A stretch of DNA of 32,000 nucleotides from Ktedonobacterales bacterium (GCA_030167145.1 CP126532.1:570001-602000); one strand, 5' to 3'; numbered from the stretch's first letter, positions 17,501 to 26,677 are shown. Notes: generated from the sequence alone by a model not told the origin. Translations and numbers: made by a program.

Positions 17501-17802
17501 GGCCACGCCCCCACCTGTGGCGCGAGTGGCACGAATGGTGGGTCGCCTGTTACAAAAACGCCGTGCGCCCGTCTCCCACTTTCGGGAGGGCATGTTGACG
17601 TTCCCAGTGTCGCGGCGTAGAGTACACTTGGGTTTGAATGGATGAGGGACTCCCCGGCCTGGAGTGTTACGTCACGCTGGCTGATTTTTGTACGGTGTGG
17701 GCATCCGTGCCCCGTGCGGATGTAGTCCGCCTGCGTGTAGATGTATACCGAAGGTTTGCGCGTTACCGGTCTGCCGGGCGTGGGAAGATAGGGATTCAGG
17801 AT

Positions 17803-19395
17803 ATGCAGTGCTGGCAGTGTGGCAGGTCTGTGCGGTCCGGGGCAACCCACTGCTCCGCATGTGGCGCCGATCTCACCGAACGGGATGAGCGCGAGCCTGA
17901 AACAGGCGAAAGCAGTGTGTACGACGTTGCGGGCCGTGGGCGGGACGATAGCAGGCATGGTCAGCGCGACCGGCGAGTCTATCCACCGACAGCACGACGC
18001 GGCAGGGATGACGATTGGGGCGATGACAGTATGGAGCAGGACGTTCCCAGACCACGGGCGCGATCACGCGACGGGCGCGACAACGGCTGGAGCCGCTATG
18101 ATCGCGGACGCCGTGGCAGTGCGTGGCGCGAGGAAGAGACCGGTGAAGAAGTCGCACAGGACGAATATGATGAGCCTCGTGGCCGGGGAGCAGCGCGGCA
18201 AGACGAACCGCGCGGGCCAGACCCATTGGACGATCCTCGTGCGCCGGGGGTGTTGCGCCAGTCGCGCCCACGCAGTCAGGTTGAGCGCGGGCGCACTGGT
18301 GATCCTTACGCATCGCGCGATGGCCGTAGCAGCAGTAGCAACAGACGTGGCAATCCCGATGCGGACCGGCATGGTGGGTATTCTCGTGATGGCCGGGGAT
18401 CTGGCCAGCGCGATGGGCGCTACCCACCAGCCGGCGCGGCGGATGGTTACGACGATATGTCGCTGAGCGAAGAGTTTGCGGCACAGGGACGGGATTGGAA
18501 TGCGGGCCGGGAGCGCGGCCCCAGAGATCAGGGTGGATATGGGCGCGCGGGATCGGGCAGCCGTGGCGGCTCGACGGCTGATGCGCGGCGCGAACGTAGT
18601 GGCGCGCGACGAGGTCAGGATGAGCGCATGGGTCGCGGATCCGCCGCTTCTTGGGATGCGGCGGATAGCATGGGCATGGCATCCTGGGAACCAGGGCAGG
18701 GAAGAATTGGGACGTGGGCGGATGGCGATGCCACCTCGGATAAGCCAAAGGGCGGGCGCAAACGATTACTCGTGACGTTGCTGCTGGTGGCGGTGGTGCT
18801 CGTTGGCCTGGTCGGCGTGGCGATACTGAAGCTGCCATCGCTACTCGGCGGCGGTTCCTCCCAGGTGGCGACGGTGTCGGACGATCCCTTCGTCGCGTAC
18901 ACGCCCGGAGCGACACCAACAGCACTCCCACAGTATAAGGTGTATGCCAGCACCACATCCCTATACAGCGTCAACTACCCGCAACAGTGGTCAGTAAAGA
19001 ACAATGCGAATACGAGCGGCGGCCAGTCCGACTATGTGGACATCTTCCAGCAGGCCAGTCCGGTAGTGGTCTTCACGGTGGAGCAGGCGCAGGCGTTTGC
19101 CACATTGACCGATCAGCAGGCGATTGATGCCGAGGTCAATTCGGCGAAGCAGCAAGGCCAGACGTTCACACTCACCGCGAATTCGACGCAGAAAGTCACG
19201 GTTGGTGGCGCGCAGTGGCTGCGGCAGGAATACGATGGCACGGCGAACGGCGTCAAGAATCACGTCGCCATTCTGAGCACGCATCACGGTGGCCGCAGCT
19301 ATGTGATCGTCATGATTAGCACGCCCGACAACTTCGCCAAGGCTGACTCCACCTACTTCCAGCCGATGCTGAAGTCCTTCCGCTTCCAGAAGTGA
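17803..19395 (+). CDS. zinc-ribbon membrane protein: N-terminal Zn ribbon, ~300 aa Arg/Asp/Gly-rich disordered region, one TM helix, C-terminal extracytoplasmic domain
   Basis: ORF 17638..19395(+). Start placed at ATG 17803 (MQCWQCGRSVRSGATHCSACGADL). TM helix LLVTLLLVAVVLVGLVGVAIL. The C-terminal ~170 aa form a globular domain of unknown family, possibly a PsbP/DcrB-like fold (inference). Confidence 0.75.
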   Translation: MQCWQCGRSVRSGATHCSACGADLTERDEREPETGESSVYDVAGRGRDDSRHGQRDRRVYPPTARRGRDDDWGDDSMEQDVPRPRARSRDGRDNGWSRYDRGRRGSAWREEETGEEVAQDEYDEPRGRGAARQDEPRGPDPLDDPRAPGVLRQSRPRSQVERGRTGDPYASRDGRSSSSNRRGNPDADRHGGYSRDGRGSGQRDGRYPPAGAADGYDDMSLSEEFAAQGRDWNAGRERGPRDQGGYGRAGSGSRGGSTADARRERSGARRGQDERMGRGSAASWDAADSMGMASWEPGQGRIGTWADGDATSDKPKGGRKRLLVTLLLVAVVLVGLVGVAILKLPSLLGGGSSQVATVSDDPFVAYTPGATPTALPQYKVYASTTSLYSVNYPQQWSVKNNANTSGGQSDYVDIFQQASPVVVFTVEQAQAFATLTDQQAIDAEVNSAKQQGQTFTLTANSTQKVTVGGAQWLRQEYDGTANGVKNHVAILSTHHGGRSYVIVMISTPDNFAKADSTYFQPMLKSFRFQK

Positions 19396-19396
19396 C

Positions 19397-20044
19397 CTAG
19401 AGCACTTGCGCCTTTTCGGCGATAGTATCGCCGTGGGCCATACCATCCAGGTGTGCGGTATCGTTGAGGCGATGCACCGTGATCCGCTCGCCCTTGACCT
19501 CAAGCTCGGTGAGCGAAGCGTTGTCGCGGCGCAACTGCCAGCGGCGCGCCAGGTCCATGCCGAGCAGGTGACATACGAGCAGGCCGATGACGCCGCCATG
19601 CGTGACCCACAGCACCGTCGCGCTAGCATGGGCAACGTGCCAGCGGTCGAACGCCGCAAGCATACGGGCGAGCGCCTGGTGCGCCGTCTCGCCATCGGGC
19701 GGCGCATAGTCAAGCGTGTCTCCGCGCCACTGCGCCCAACCTTCCGGGTCGTGGGCCGTAATCTCGGCGAAGGTCATCCCCTCCCACGCGCCCATCGAAA
19801 TCTCGCGCAGGTCAGAATCGAGCGCGACAGGTAGGTCGTGGCAGCGGGCAACGGCCTCGGCGGTGAGGCGGGCACGTACCAGATCGGAGGCGACGATGTG
19901 GTCCAGTTGCGCACCACGCAACCGCCCGGCGAGGGCACCGGCCTGGCGCTCGCCCAGGGCGCTTAGTCCCACATCGCTCTGTCCGGTGAAGCGCGCCTCG
20001 GCGTTGTTTACGGTAGCGCCGTGGCGCGCAATCAGCAGACGCAT
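19397..20044 (-). CDS. histidine phosphatase family protein (phosphoglycerate mutase / alpha-ribazole phosphatase-like)
   Basis: RHG motif at the N-terminus (LLIARHGATVNN..RFTGQSD) and the second catalytic His in VTHGGVI. Confidence 0.85.
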   Translation of the reverse strand: MRLLIARHGATVNNAEARFTGQSDVGLSALGERQAGALAGRLRGAQLDHIVASDLVRARLTAEAVARCHDLPVALDSDLREISMGAWEGMTFAEITAHDPEGWAQWRGDTLDYAPPDGETAHQALARMLAAFDRWHVAHASATVLWVTHGGVIGLLVCHLLGMDLARRWQLRRDNASLTELEVKGERITVHRLNDTAHLDGMAHGDTIAEKAQVL

Positions 20045-20086
20045 GATGGGGAACCTCGTTTCACGTGCGATGGGACAGAGGTAGCC

Positions 20087-20117
20087 GCGTAGGGGCGTCC
20101 GCTGGACGCCCCTACGC
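20087..20117 (-). terminator. perfect 14-bp stem / 3-nt loop hairpin downstream of gatA
   Basis: GCGTAGGGGCGTCC-GCT-GGACGCCCCTACGC lies 15 nt after the gatA stop. There is no U-tract, so terminator function is inferred only. Confidence 0.5.
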
Positions 20118-20131
20118 CGTGGATGCCGCGG

Positions 20132-21628
20132 TTAACCGCGCTTGCGTGCGGCTTTCTTCGCGTCAGGCAGCGCGGGCCATTGCATGTGAAAGTCGGTGGC
20201 GCGCTGGTAGGCGTCGGCGACGCGCAGCAACAAATCTTCGCGGAAGGACGGGCCGAGGATTTGCAGTCCGACAGGCAGCCCGTCGCTGAAGCCGCATGGG
20301 ATGGAGACGCCCGGAATGCCAGAGAGGTTCGCCGGGATGGTGAAGACATCGTTGAGATACATCGCGTAGGGGTCATTCACCTTCTCGCCAATCTTGAAGG
20401 CGACGGTCGGCGACGTTGGCCCAACCAGCACATCGAATTGCTCGAATGCCTGCTCGAAGTCCCGTTTGATGAGCGTGCGTGTCTTCTCAGCGGTCAGGTA
20501 GTAGGCGTCGTAGTAGCCCGATGAGAGCGCATAGGTGCCGAGCATGATGCGACGCTTCACCTCTTTGCCGAAGCCCTCGTCACGGGTGCGCATCACAAAG
20601 TCAATCAGGCTCTCCGCATGGTTGCGTGTGGAGTATCCGTACTTGACGCCGTCGTAGCGGGCGAGGTTGGCGCTGCATTCGGCGGGCGCGATGATATAAT
20701 ACGCCGCGACACCATAGCGAGTGTGGGGTAGCGAACACTCGCCGACCTCCGCGCCGAGCGATTTGAGCGTTTCAATCGCCTCCTCGATGGCCGTGCGCAC
20801 ACCCGGCTCGACGCCTTCGACAAAGTATTCGGCGGGCACCCCGACACGCAGCCCCTTGATATCGCCGGTAAGCGCGGCAGTGTAATCCGGAACGGGCGTA
20901 TCCACCGAGGTGGAATCCAGTGGATCGTAGCCAGCGACGGCTTGCAGCACCAGCGCGGCGTCGCGGGCGGAACGCGCGAACGGGCCAATCTGATCGAGCG
21001 ACGAGGCGAAGGCGATCAGGCCATAGCGCGAGACACGCCCATATGTCGGCTTCATCCCCAGCGTATTCGTCAATGCGCCCGGTTGACGGACCGAGCCGCC
21101 AGTATCGGAGCCGAGCGCGGCCATCGCCTGGCCCGCCGCTACCGCCGCCGCCGAGCCGCCGCTGCTGCCACCCGGCACGCGATCCAGATCCCAGGGGTTG
21201 CGCGTGGGAAAGAAAGCAGAGTTTTCGGTAGACGATCCCATGGCGAACTCGTCCATGTTGGTCTTGCCGAGCATGACGATGCCCGCCTGACGCAGTTTGA
21301 CCATCACCGTCGCGTCATACGGCGGGACAAAGCGCTCCAGCATGCGCGAGGAACAGGTGGTGGTCACGCCTTCGGTGCAGATGACATCTTTGATGGCGAA
21401 AGGAATACCAGCAAGCGGGCCAAGTTGTGCGCCTTCACCCCGACGCTGATCTATGCGCTCCGCTTCGCGCAGTGCCTGCTGCTCTGTGGTGGTGACAAAG
21501 GCTTTGACGCGGCCTTCCACCTGGGCGATACGGTCCAGGTGGGCGCGCGTTAGCTCCACGGACGATAGTTCACGGCGGCGCAGTTGGTCAGCCGCTTCGT
21601 ATATGCTCAGTTGCCACAGCTCAGGCAC
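20132..21628 (-). CDS. gatA: Asp-tRNA(Asn)/Glu-tRNA(Gln) amidotransferase subunit A
   Basis: Amidase signature [12 protein letters not shown] and GatA-typical sequence throughout. GTG start 8 nt after GGAG. Confidence 0.95.
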   Translation of the reverse strand: MPELWQLSIYEAADQLRRRELSSVELTRAHLDRIAQVEGRVKAFVTTTEQQALREAERIDQRRGEGAQLGPLAGIPFAIKDVICTEGVTTTCSSRMLERFVPPYDATVMVKLRQAGIVMLGKTNMDEFAMGSSTENSAFFPTRNPWDLDRVPGGSSGGSAAAVAAGQAMAALGSDTGGSVRQPGALTNTLGMKPTYGRVSRYGLIAFASSLDQIGPFARSARDAALVLQAVAGYDPLDSTSVDTPVPDYTAALTGDIKGLRVGVPAEYFVEGVEPGVRTAIEEAIETLKSLGAEVGECSLPHTRYGVAAYYIIAPAECSANLARYDGVKYGYSTRNHAESLIDFVMRTRDEGFGKEVKRRIMLGTYALSSGYYDAYYLTAEKTRTLIKRDFEQAFEQFDVLVGPTSPTVAFKIGEKVNDPYAMYLNDVFTIPANLSGIPGVSIPCGFSDGLPVGLQILGPSFREDLLLRVADAYQRATDFHMQWPALPDAKKAARKRG

Positions 21629-21693
21629 AGCGGTTACTCCTCAGTTTCTTCTTGGTCTTTCCTCACGGGCACATCAATCCTGGAACGGTACGG

Positions 21694-21987
21694 CTACTCG
21701 TTGTCCAGCACGGCGCGCACGCGAATGTAGTTATCTTCGTGGGCGGGCGCGCGCTCTATGAGCGTCTGCGCAGGCATGCTAGGACGCGACTGGTCGGGGC
21801 GCATGATCGTGTCAATAGGTAGGATGTGGGCAGTAGCGGGTACCTGGCTGGTATCGGCCTCGTTGATGACGTTGATATGTTCGAGAATTGCGGATAGCTG
21901 ATCGCGCAATTGCTCGCGCTCCGCATCGCTGAGCGCGATGCGCGCCAGCGCGGCGACATGATCCACCGTGCGCTTATCAATGCTCAT
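21694..21987 (-). CDS. gatC: Asp-tRNA(Asn)/Glu-tRNA(Gln) amidotransferase subunit C
   Basis: 97 aa and directly upstream of gatA. GatC pattern: VAALARIALSDAEREQLRDQLSAILEHINVINE. Confidence 0.9.
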   Translation of the reverse strand: MSIDKRTVDHVAALARIALSDAEREQLRDQLSAILEHINVINEADTSQVPATAHILPIDTIMRPDQSRPSMPAQTLIERAPAHEDNYIRVRAVLDNE

Positions 21988-22034
21988 ACGTACTCACTGC
22001 TCCATATCCTTGTGAATTACTGCTGAGTCGTGGC

Positions 22035-22328
22035 TCAATGGCGAATCTGAAAGCCGACAAAGCTGCCGTCTCCAGCCGCCCAACGCTCGTCAATGACGTC
22101 TACCTGTGCCGCCGAGGGGCCGCGCCACAGCGCGCGCAGCAACTCATCGAGCGTCGCGCGATCCGCCTCAGCGACCACCTCCACGTTGCCATCGGGCAGA
22201 TTGCGAACGTAGCCTCGCACGCCGAGCGAAGACGCGACCCGCCGCACGAAAAAGCGGTAGCCGACGCCCTGCACATCGCCTTGCACGCGCGCGGTTAGTC
22301 GGGCGAGCATGCGCTCTGGAGCGCCCAC
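22035..22328 (-). CDS. acyP: acylphosphatase
   Basis: Signature V.G.VQGVGYRFF...GYVRNLPDGNVEV. Start placed at GTG 22328, 7 nt after an AGGAGG SD. ATG 22310 is an alternative. Confidence 0.85.
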   Translation of the reverse strand: MGAPERMLARLTARVQGDVQGVGYRFFVRRVASSLGVRGYVRNLPDGNVEVVAEADRATLDELLRALWRGPSAAQVDVIDERWAAGDGSFVGFQIRH

Positions 22329-22461
22329 GCGGGAGCCTCCTAGTGGAAGAACGCGGCGGTTGAAGTCTGCCACCGGCCACAGACACTTCATGATAGACAC
22401 TTCATGATAGTGCGAAACCTGGGGCAATGGCAAGTGCGGCGGGTTGGTGGCAGCGCAAGAA

Positions 22462-22499
22462 ACCGGCTGGCACGAGAGTGAAGTCCTCTGCCAGCCGGT
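22462..22499 (-). terminator. candidate intrinsic terminator of hppA
   Basis: An 11-bp perfect inverted repeat ACCGGCTGGCA (22462-22472) / TGCCAGCCGGT (22489-22499). On the minus strand it is followed by TTTCTT. It lies 27 nt after the hppA stop. Confidence 0.55.
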
Positions 22500-22525
22500 G
22501 TGGGTCGCGAATGTGGCGCTGAGCG

Positions 22526-24778
22526 CTACTTGTGCAGCGCGATGAAAAGCGGCGCGAGCACCAGTGTGATCGTGCTGAGCAACTTGATCACCACGTGCAG
22601 CGACGGGCCAGCGGTGTCCTTAAATGGATCCCCGACCGTGTCGCCGACGACGCTCGCGGCATGCGCTGGGGAACCTTTGCCGAGCTTCTTGCCAGATTCA
22701 TCCTTCAAGTAGCCCGCTTCGATGAACTTCTTGGCGTTGTCCCATGCGCCGCCACCGTTGTTCATCACCAGCGCCATCATGATGCCACCAATAGTGCCCA
22801 CCATGAGGAAGCCAGCAGCAGCCTCCGGGCCGAGGACCATGCCTACAAGAACCGGCGTGCCAACGACGAGAATGCCTGGGATCACCATCTGGCGCAGCGC
22901 GGCGCTAGTGCTAATGTCCACGCAGCGCGCGTAATCCGGCTCCGCTGTGCCCTGCATGATCTTCGGGTTCGCCTTGAACTGACGGCGAACCTCCTGGATC
23001 ATACCCTGCGCGGCGTTGCCGACCGCGCGGATTGCGAGCGAGCTGAAGAGGAAGATCAGCATCGCACCGATCATCCCCGCGATGAAGACTGGCGGATTGG
23101 CGAGATTGACGGTGTACGCGCCGATTCTGGCCGTACCGACGGCGTGCTCGTAGATGATGTCGAGATACGCGCTGAAGAGCAAGAACGCGGCCAGCGCCGC
23201 CGAGCCGATGCCATATCCCTTAGTGAGCGCCTTAGTGGTGTTGCCCACGCCGTCCAGCGCGTCGGTGATGTTGCGCACCGACTCAGGTGCGCCGCTCATC
23301 TCGACGATACCGCCCGCGTTATCGGTAATCGGGCCGAAGGTATCCATCGCCAGGATGTAGCCCGCGCTCATCAACATGCCCATCGTCGCGACAGCGGTGG
23401 CGTAGATGCCGGGGACGCTGATCAGGCCGTGGGTTGCGGTGGCGCCGAGGTCAGGATTGGCGAGGGTGCCCAGGAAGTACGAGAGGCCCAGGGCGATGCC
23501 GATAGAAATCACCGGTAGAGCAGTGTTCTCGAAGCCAACCGCCAGACCGGAGATGATGGTCGTCGCCGGACCAGTCTTGGAGGCCTCGGCAATCTCTCGC
23601 ACCGGGCGATAGGTGCCCGATGTATAGTACTGCGTGATCAGCACGAACGCGATGCTATTCAAGATGCCGACGATGCCCGCCAGGCCGAAAACCCACCAGT
23701 GGTCAGGCAGTGTAGGCCGCAGCAGGATATACGAAGTTGCGAAGATGCCGATGGCCGCAAGCACCGCTGTGGTGTAGTAGCCGACGTTGAGCTGGCCCAT
23801 GGCGATCTCGCCAGGATCCCTGCCACCCGCCTGCGCTGGCTCGCGCACAGCAGATTTGCGGACCACCAACACGCCGATCATCGAGCAAATAATGCCCACG
23901 CCCACCGCGACGAGCGGGAAGATGACCCAGCCAGGGCTTTGCTGTGTGCTGCCGAGCGCGAGAGCGACCGATGCGCCCAGAATCATCGCGCCTATATTCT
24001 CAGCGGCAGTGGATTCGAAGATGTCGGCGCCACGGCCCGCGCAGTCTCCCACATTGTCGCCGACAAGATCAGCGATCACAGCGGGGTTGCGGGGGTCGTC
24101 TTCGGGAATGCCCGCCTCGACCTTACCCACGAGGTCCGCGCCCACGTCCGCCGCTTTGGTGTAGATACCGCCTCCAAGCTGCGCGAACAGTGCGACAAAG
24201 CTGGCGCCGAAGCCAAAGCCCACGATGGTCACAGGGGTGGTGATGGCCGCCGCTGTGCTGCTGAGGCCGCCGAAGAGGATATAGACAACGGTCACGCCGA
24301 GTAAGCTGAGTGAGATTACCAGGAAGCCAGAGACCGCGCCGCCACGAAGCGACACCATCAGCGCCTCACCCAGGCCACGCCGAGCGGCGCTGGCCACGCG
24401 AATGTTGGAGCGGACTGCGACCTGCATGCCGATGTAGCCTGCAACGCCAGAGCAGAACGCGCCGATGGCGAAGGCGATAGCAGTCTTGAGCGCGATGGTG
24501 AGAGGCGAATCACTGTTCGCGGTGCTACTGGAACTGAGGAATGCGAGCAGGGCGGCGATAATGATCGCCGCGCCGATGGCGAGAAGTGTAATCGTGCGGT
24601 ATTGTCGGCGCAGATACGCCTGCGCACCGGTGAAGATCGCGTCTGAAATCTTACGCATCTCGGCGGTGCCGGTATCGCGCGAGAGAACCCAGCGCGCGAG
24701 GCCGAACGCGAATCCAATCGCGAGAAGGCTGGCCACAATGGGCACCGCCAGCCACCACATGATACTCAAGGTGTTCAC
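22526..24778 (-). CDS. hppA: K(+)-insensitive pyrophosphate-energized proton pump (membrane H+-PPase)
   Basis: 750 aa polytopic protein with H+-PPase motifs (GGGIYTKAADVGADLVGKVE, DNVGDCAGRGADIFES, DTVGDPFKD). GNTTKA has Lys at the A/K switch position, which marks the K+-independent type. GTG start at 24778. Confidence 0.95.
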   Translation of the reverse strand: MNTLSIMWWLAVPIVASLLAIGFAFGLARWVLSRDTGTAEMRKISDAIFTGAQAYLRRQYRTITLLAIGAAIIIAALLAFLSSSSTANSDSPLTIALKTAIAFAIGAFCSGVAGYIGMQVAVRSNIRVASAARRGLGEALMVSLRGGAVSGFLVISLSLLGVTVVYILFGGLSSTAAAITTPVTIVGFGFGASFVALFAQLGGGIYTKAADVGADLVGKVEAGIPEDDPRNPAVIADLVGDNVGDCAGRGADIFESTAAENIGAMILGASVALALGSTQQSPGWVIFPLVAVGVGIICSMIGVLVVRKSAVREPAQAGGRDPGEIAMGQLNVGYYTTAVLAAIGIFATSYILLRPTLPDHWWVFGLAGIVGILNSIAFVLITQYYTSGTYRPVREIAEASKTGPATTIISGLAVGFENTALPVISIGIALGLSYFLGTLANPDLGATATHGLISVPGIYATAVATMGMLMSAGYILAMDTFGPITDNAGGIVEMSGAPESVRNITDALDGVGNTTKALTKGYGIGSAALAAFLLFSAYLDIIYEHAVGTARIGAYTVNLANPPVFIAGMIGAMLIFLFSSLAIRAVGNAAQGMIQEVRRQFKANPKIMQGTAEPDYARCVDISTSAALRQMVIPGILVVGTPVLVGMVLGPEAAAGFLMVGTIGGIMMALVMNNGGGAWDNAKKFIEAGYLKDESGKKLGKGSPAHAASVVGDTVGDPFKDTAGPSLHVVIKLLSTITLVLAPLFIALHK

Positions 24779-25630
24779 GACTTGTCATTGCCCTCCTATA
24801 TACCTAGGCCATGCTAGATAACGCTGCGCTGCGTTGAGGCAGGGCCGCGAACACGCAGTTGGCCAGTCGCCGGAAGACCTGGCATTGCCGCGCACCATCG
24901 GGAAGAAGGTAGAACCCGGATGCGGGATGAGGAGTCAGTTTCGGTGACTGGCGTACGTGCGGATGCGCTAACCAGGGGATCCTGTGCTACGCGGATAGCC
25001 GCCCACGTGCCATGCAGGTTGTCGCAGACGCTTACATGCCGGTAGGCATGATGCAACGAGTGTAGCATAGTTCAGTGTTCCTGGCAAGCACGCCCGCTGC
25101 CCATCCCATGCGTCAGCCGCATATCTTGTGCCGTGCCTGGTCGTTTGCCACGAGATCCCTTGTGGCCGTGGTTTTCGACAAGTTGCCTGTACGCTCATGC
25201 CCTCTTGCATACGCACGGTGGCTGACGAGCGTCAGCCGAGACACACCTGCGCATAGTACCATCGGCAGCCGAGGAAGTGCGTTGTTCGGTTGCGCGGCTG
25301 AAGGAGCCGCGATGTTAGGTTCATCATGATAGTTGACGCGCGAGTGGGGATGAAGTCCTTTTGCTCGCTCTAGCCCAAGAATAGTGCAATGATGAGGTGA
25401 GCAGACGGTGGAAGCATCGTTGCGTGTCCACATTTCACTGTTCCACAATGCGGGAGCCTGAAAGAATGAAAAAGTGCAAGGTGTAAGACAAAGAACTGGC
25501 TCCAAGGCATGAACAGAGCTGTTGAACCACAAGCCGTCACTTCCGACCGTCATGCGATTGCGCTAGCCGCACGCAAAGCCGCGCGTGCGAGCGCATGTCA
25601 GCGGGCAAATGCCGCGCCTGCGAATCGCGC

Positions 25631-25654
25631 GATCAGCAAGATCAGCAGATCAGC
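25631..25654. repeat. three closely spaced GATCAGC heptamers overlapping the csrA stop codon
   Basis: GATCAGC occurs at 25631-25637, 25640-25646 and 25648-25654. The csrA stop (TGA on the minus strand) is at 25650-25652. Confidence 0.8.
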
Positions 25655-26057
25655 GATAGCGAAATGGCCCTGGGCCGACCGATGGCTGCGAAGGGCGCTC
25701 ATCGGCAGATTGCGGGCGCTGGGTGTAGCGGCTGTTCCCGTTCTGGTAATCACGATAGTCACGGTGGTCACGCTGATCGCGGTTGCCATCCTCACCAGGA
25801 TTGCCCAGGTCCGGCTCGCGCATTGGCGCACGATACGGACGGAAGCTATCGCGCTGCAAGGGCGGTGTTGGGGCGGAGTGCATACCAGGCGCGCCCGTAT
25901 GGCCCTGATTTTCCAGCAACTCTGAGCGGACGATGACAACTTCGGGCGGGGCGCTGATGCCCAGCTTCACTCGCTCGCCCTCGACCGCCAGCACATGAAT
26001 GGTGATCACACCATTCAGCACGATGGCCTCACCGGCCTTCCTACGTAACACTAACAT
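25650..26057 (-). CDS. csrA: carbon storage regulator CsrA/RsmA-family RNA-binding protein with ~85 aa C-terminal extension
   Basis: The N-terminal 50 aa MLVLRRKAGEAIVLNGVITIHVLAVEGERVKLGISAPPEVVIVRSELL align position for position with my recollection of E. coli and B. subtilis CsrA (MLxLxRKxGExI...VKLGIxAPxxVxxxRxE), including the conserved Arg. ATG 26057 follows a GAGGGGG SD by 8 nt. The tail is low-complexity (RDQRDHRDYRDYQNGNSRY). Confidence 0.85.
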   Translation of the reverse strand: MLVLRRKAGEAIVLNGVITIHVLAVEGERVKLGISAPPEVVIVRSELLENQGHTGAPGMHSAPTPPLQRDSFRPYRAPMREPDLGNPGEDGNRDQRDHRDYRDYQNGNSRYTQRPQSADERPSQPSVGPGPFRYR

Positions 26058-26649
26058 ACTCAATACCCCCTCATCGCAGGCGTCCGCGGTCCCTCGCCGC
26101 CTTCACCTGGCCAATTACCTCGCGCGGAGCTACCGCTCGCCGCCTGGATATACCCGGCCTCGGCTCACATCTCGTGCCGCGCCCGTCGAACAACCAATGC
26201 GAGATATGCCGTCACTTGTACAACGTAGATACCGCTTGCGAGTACCGCACCGAAGTACTATTCCTTGCGGATTCGTAGATGACTTCGCTGTGTTCTCGCC
26301 CGGATCGCCGGTGATCCTCCGTTCCATGCGTCTGTACAACTACTAGTTGATACACGCTATCGAGACATGCGGTTCGTTCCGCGCGTGAGCAGTCGCCCAT
26401 TCAACAGAGTCAACTGCTATATACGAGGGACGATACCGCAAGGTTTAGTCCTGCCTCCCGTGTATCACGCGCTCCGATGCAAATGCGATCCTCGATAGAG
26501 ACAGTATGTCGGTAGCAGTCCGGCATTACCATCTCTACCCAAGAACGTGTCACCTGTTCAGGCTGAGTACGGCACAATCGGCGAACAGTCCGCTTCCTGA
26601 TCAGACCCGCCTGTAGGGGGAACATGCACGCTATCTGGTATTGTATACG

Positions 26650-26677
26650 ATAATACTCCCCTGCCAGTAACTCGCAA
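26650..26677 (-). promoter_or_regulatory. candidate promoter (TTGCGA-16 nt-TATTAT) giving a ~585 nt csrA leader
   Basis: This is the best sigma70-like match I could find on the minus strand between the CNNM stop and csrA. The -35 is at 26672-26677 and the -10 at 26650-26655. It is not validated. Confidence 0.3.

Noticed and set aside
17873-18958. Long antisense ORFs opposite real genes (for example 17873..18958 at 361 aa, 9815..10870 at 351 aa, 22532..23518 at 328 aa, 1394..2269 at 291 aa, 13959..14582 at 207 aa)
   Set aside because: These are typical shadow ORFs of GC-rich DNA. Their products are Arg/Ala/Pro/His-rich with no motifs, while the opposite strand encodes clearly recognisable proteins.
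25113-25553. 146-aa ORF (-) downstream of csrA, and the 111-aa ORF (-) at 26410..26745 upstream of it
   Set aside because: The translations are not protein-like (Cys/Trp/His-rich with no motifs). There is no SD, third-position GC is mixed unlike real genes here, and one overlaps the CNNM stop. I treat them as non-coding, though small real proteins cannot be excluded without comparative data.
26181-26190. tmRNA-like 5' motif UUCGACGGG on the minus strand in the csrA leader
   Set aside because: There is no matching tRNA-like 3' end (GGUUCGA..CCACCA) and no tag reading frame within the expected 350-400 nt. The downstream sequence is the csrA coding region.
26540-26630. TPP (THI-box)-like string on the + strand: GGCUGAGU ... 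CCUGAUCAGACCCGCCUGUAGGGGGAA
   Set aside because: It only partly matches the thi-box as I recall it. There is no GGGGUGC/P1 partner, no ACCC element, and the P3 stem is only 3 bp. There is also no + strand gene downstream to regulate. It is most likely a chance resemblance. A cmsearch with RF00059 would settle it.
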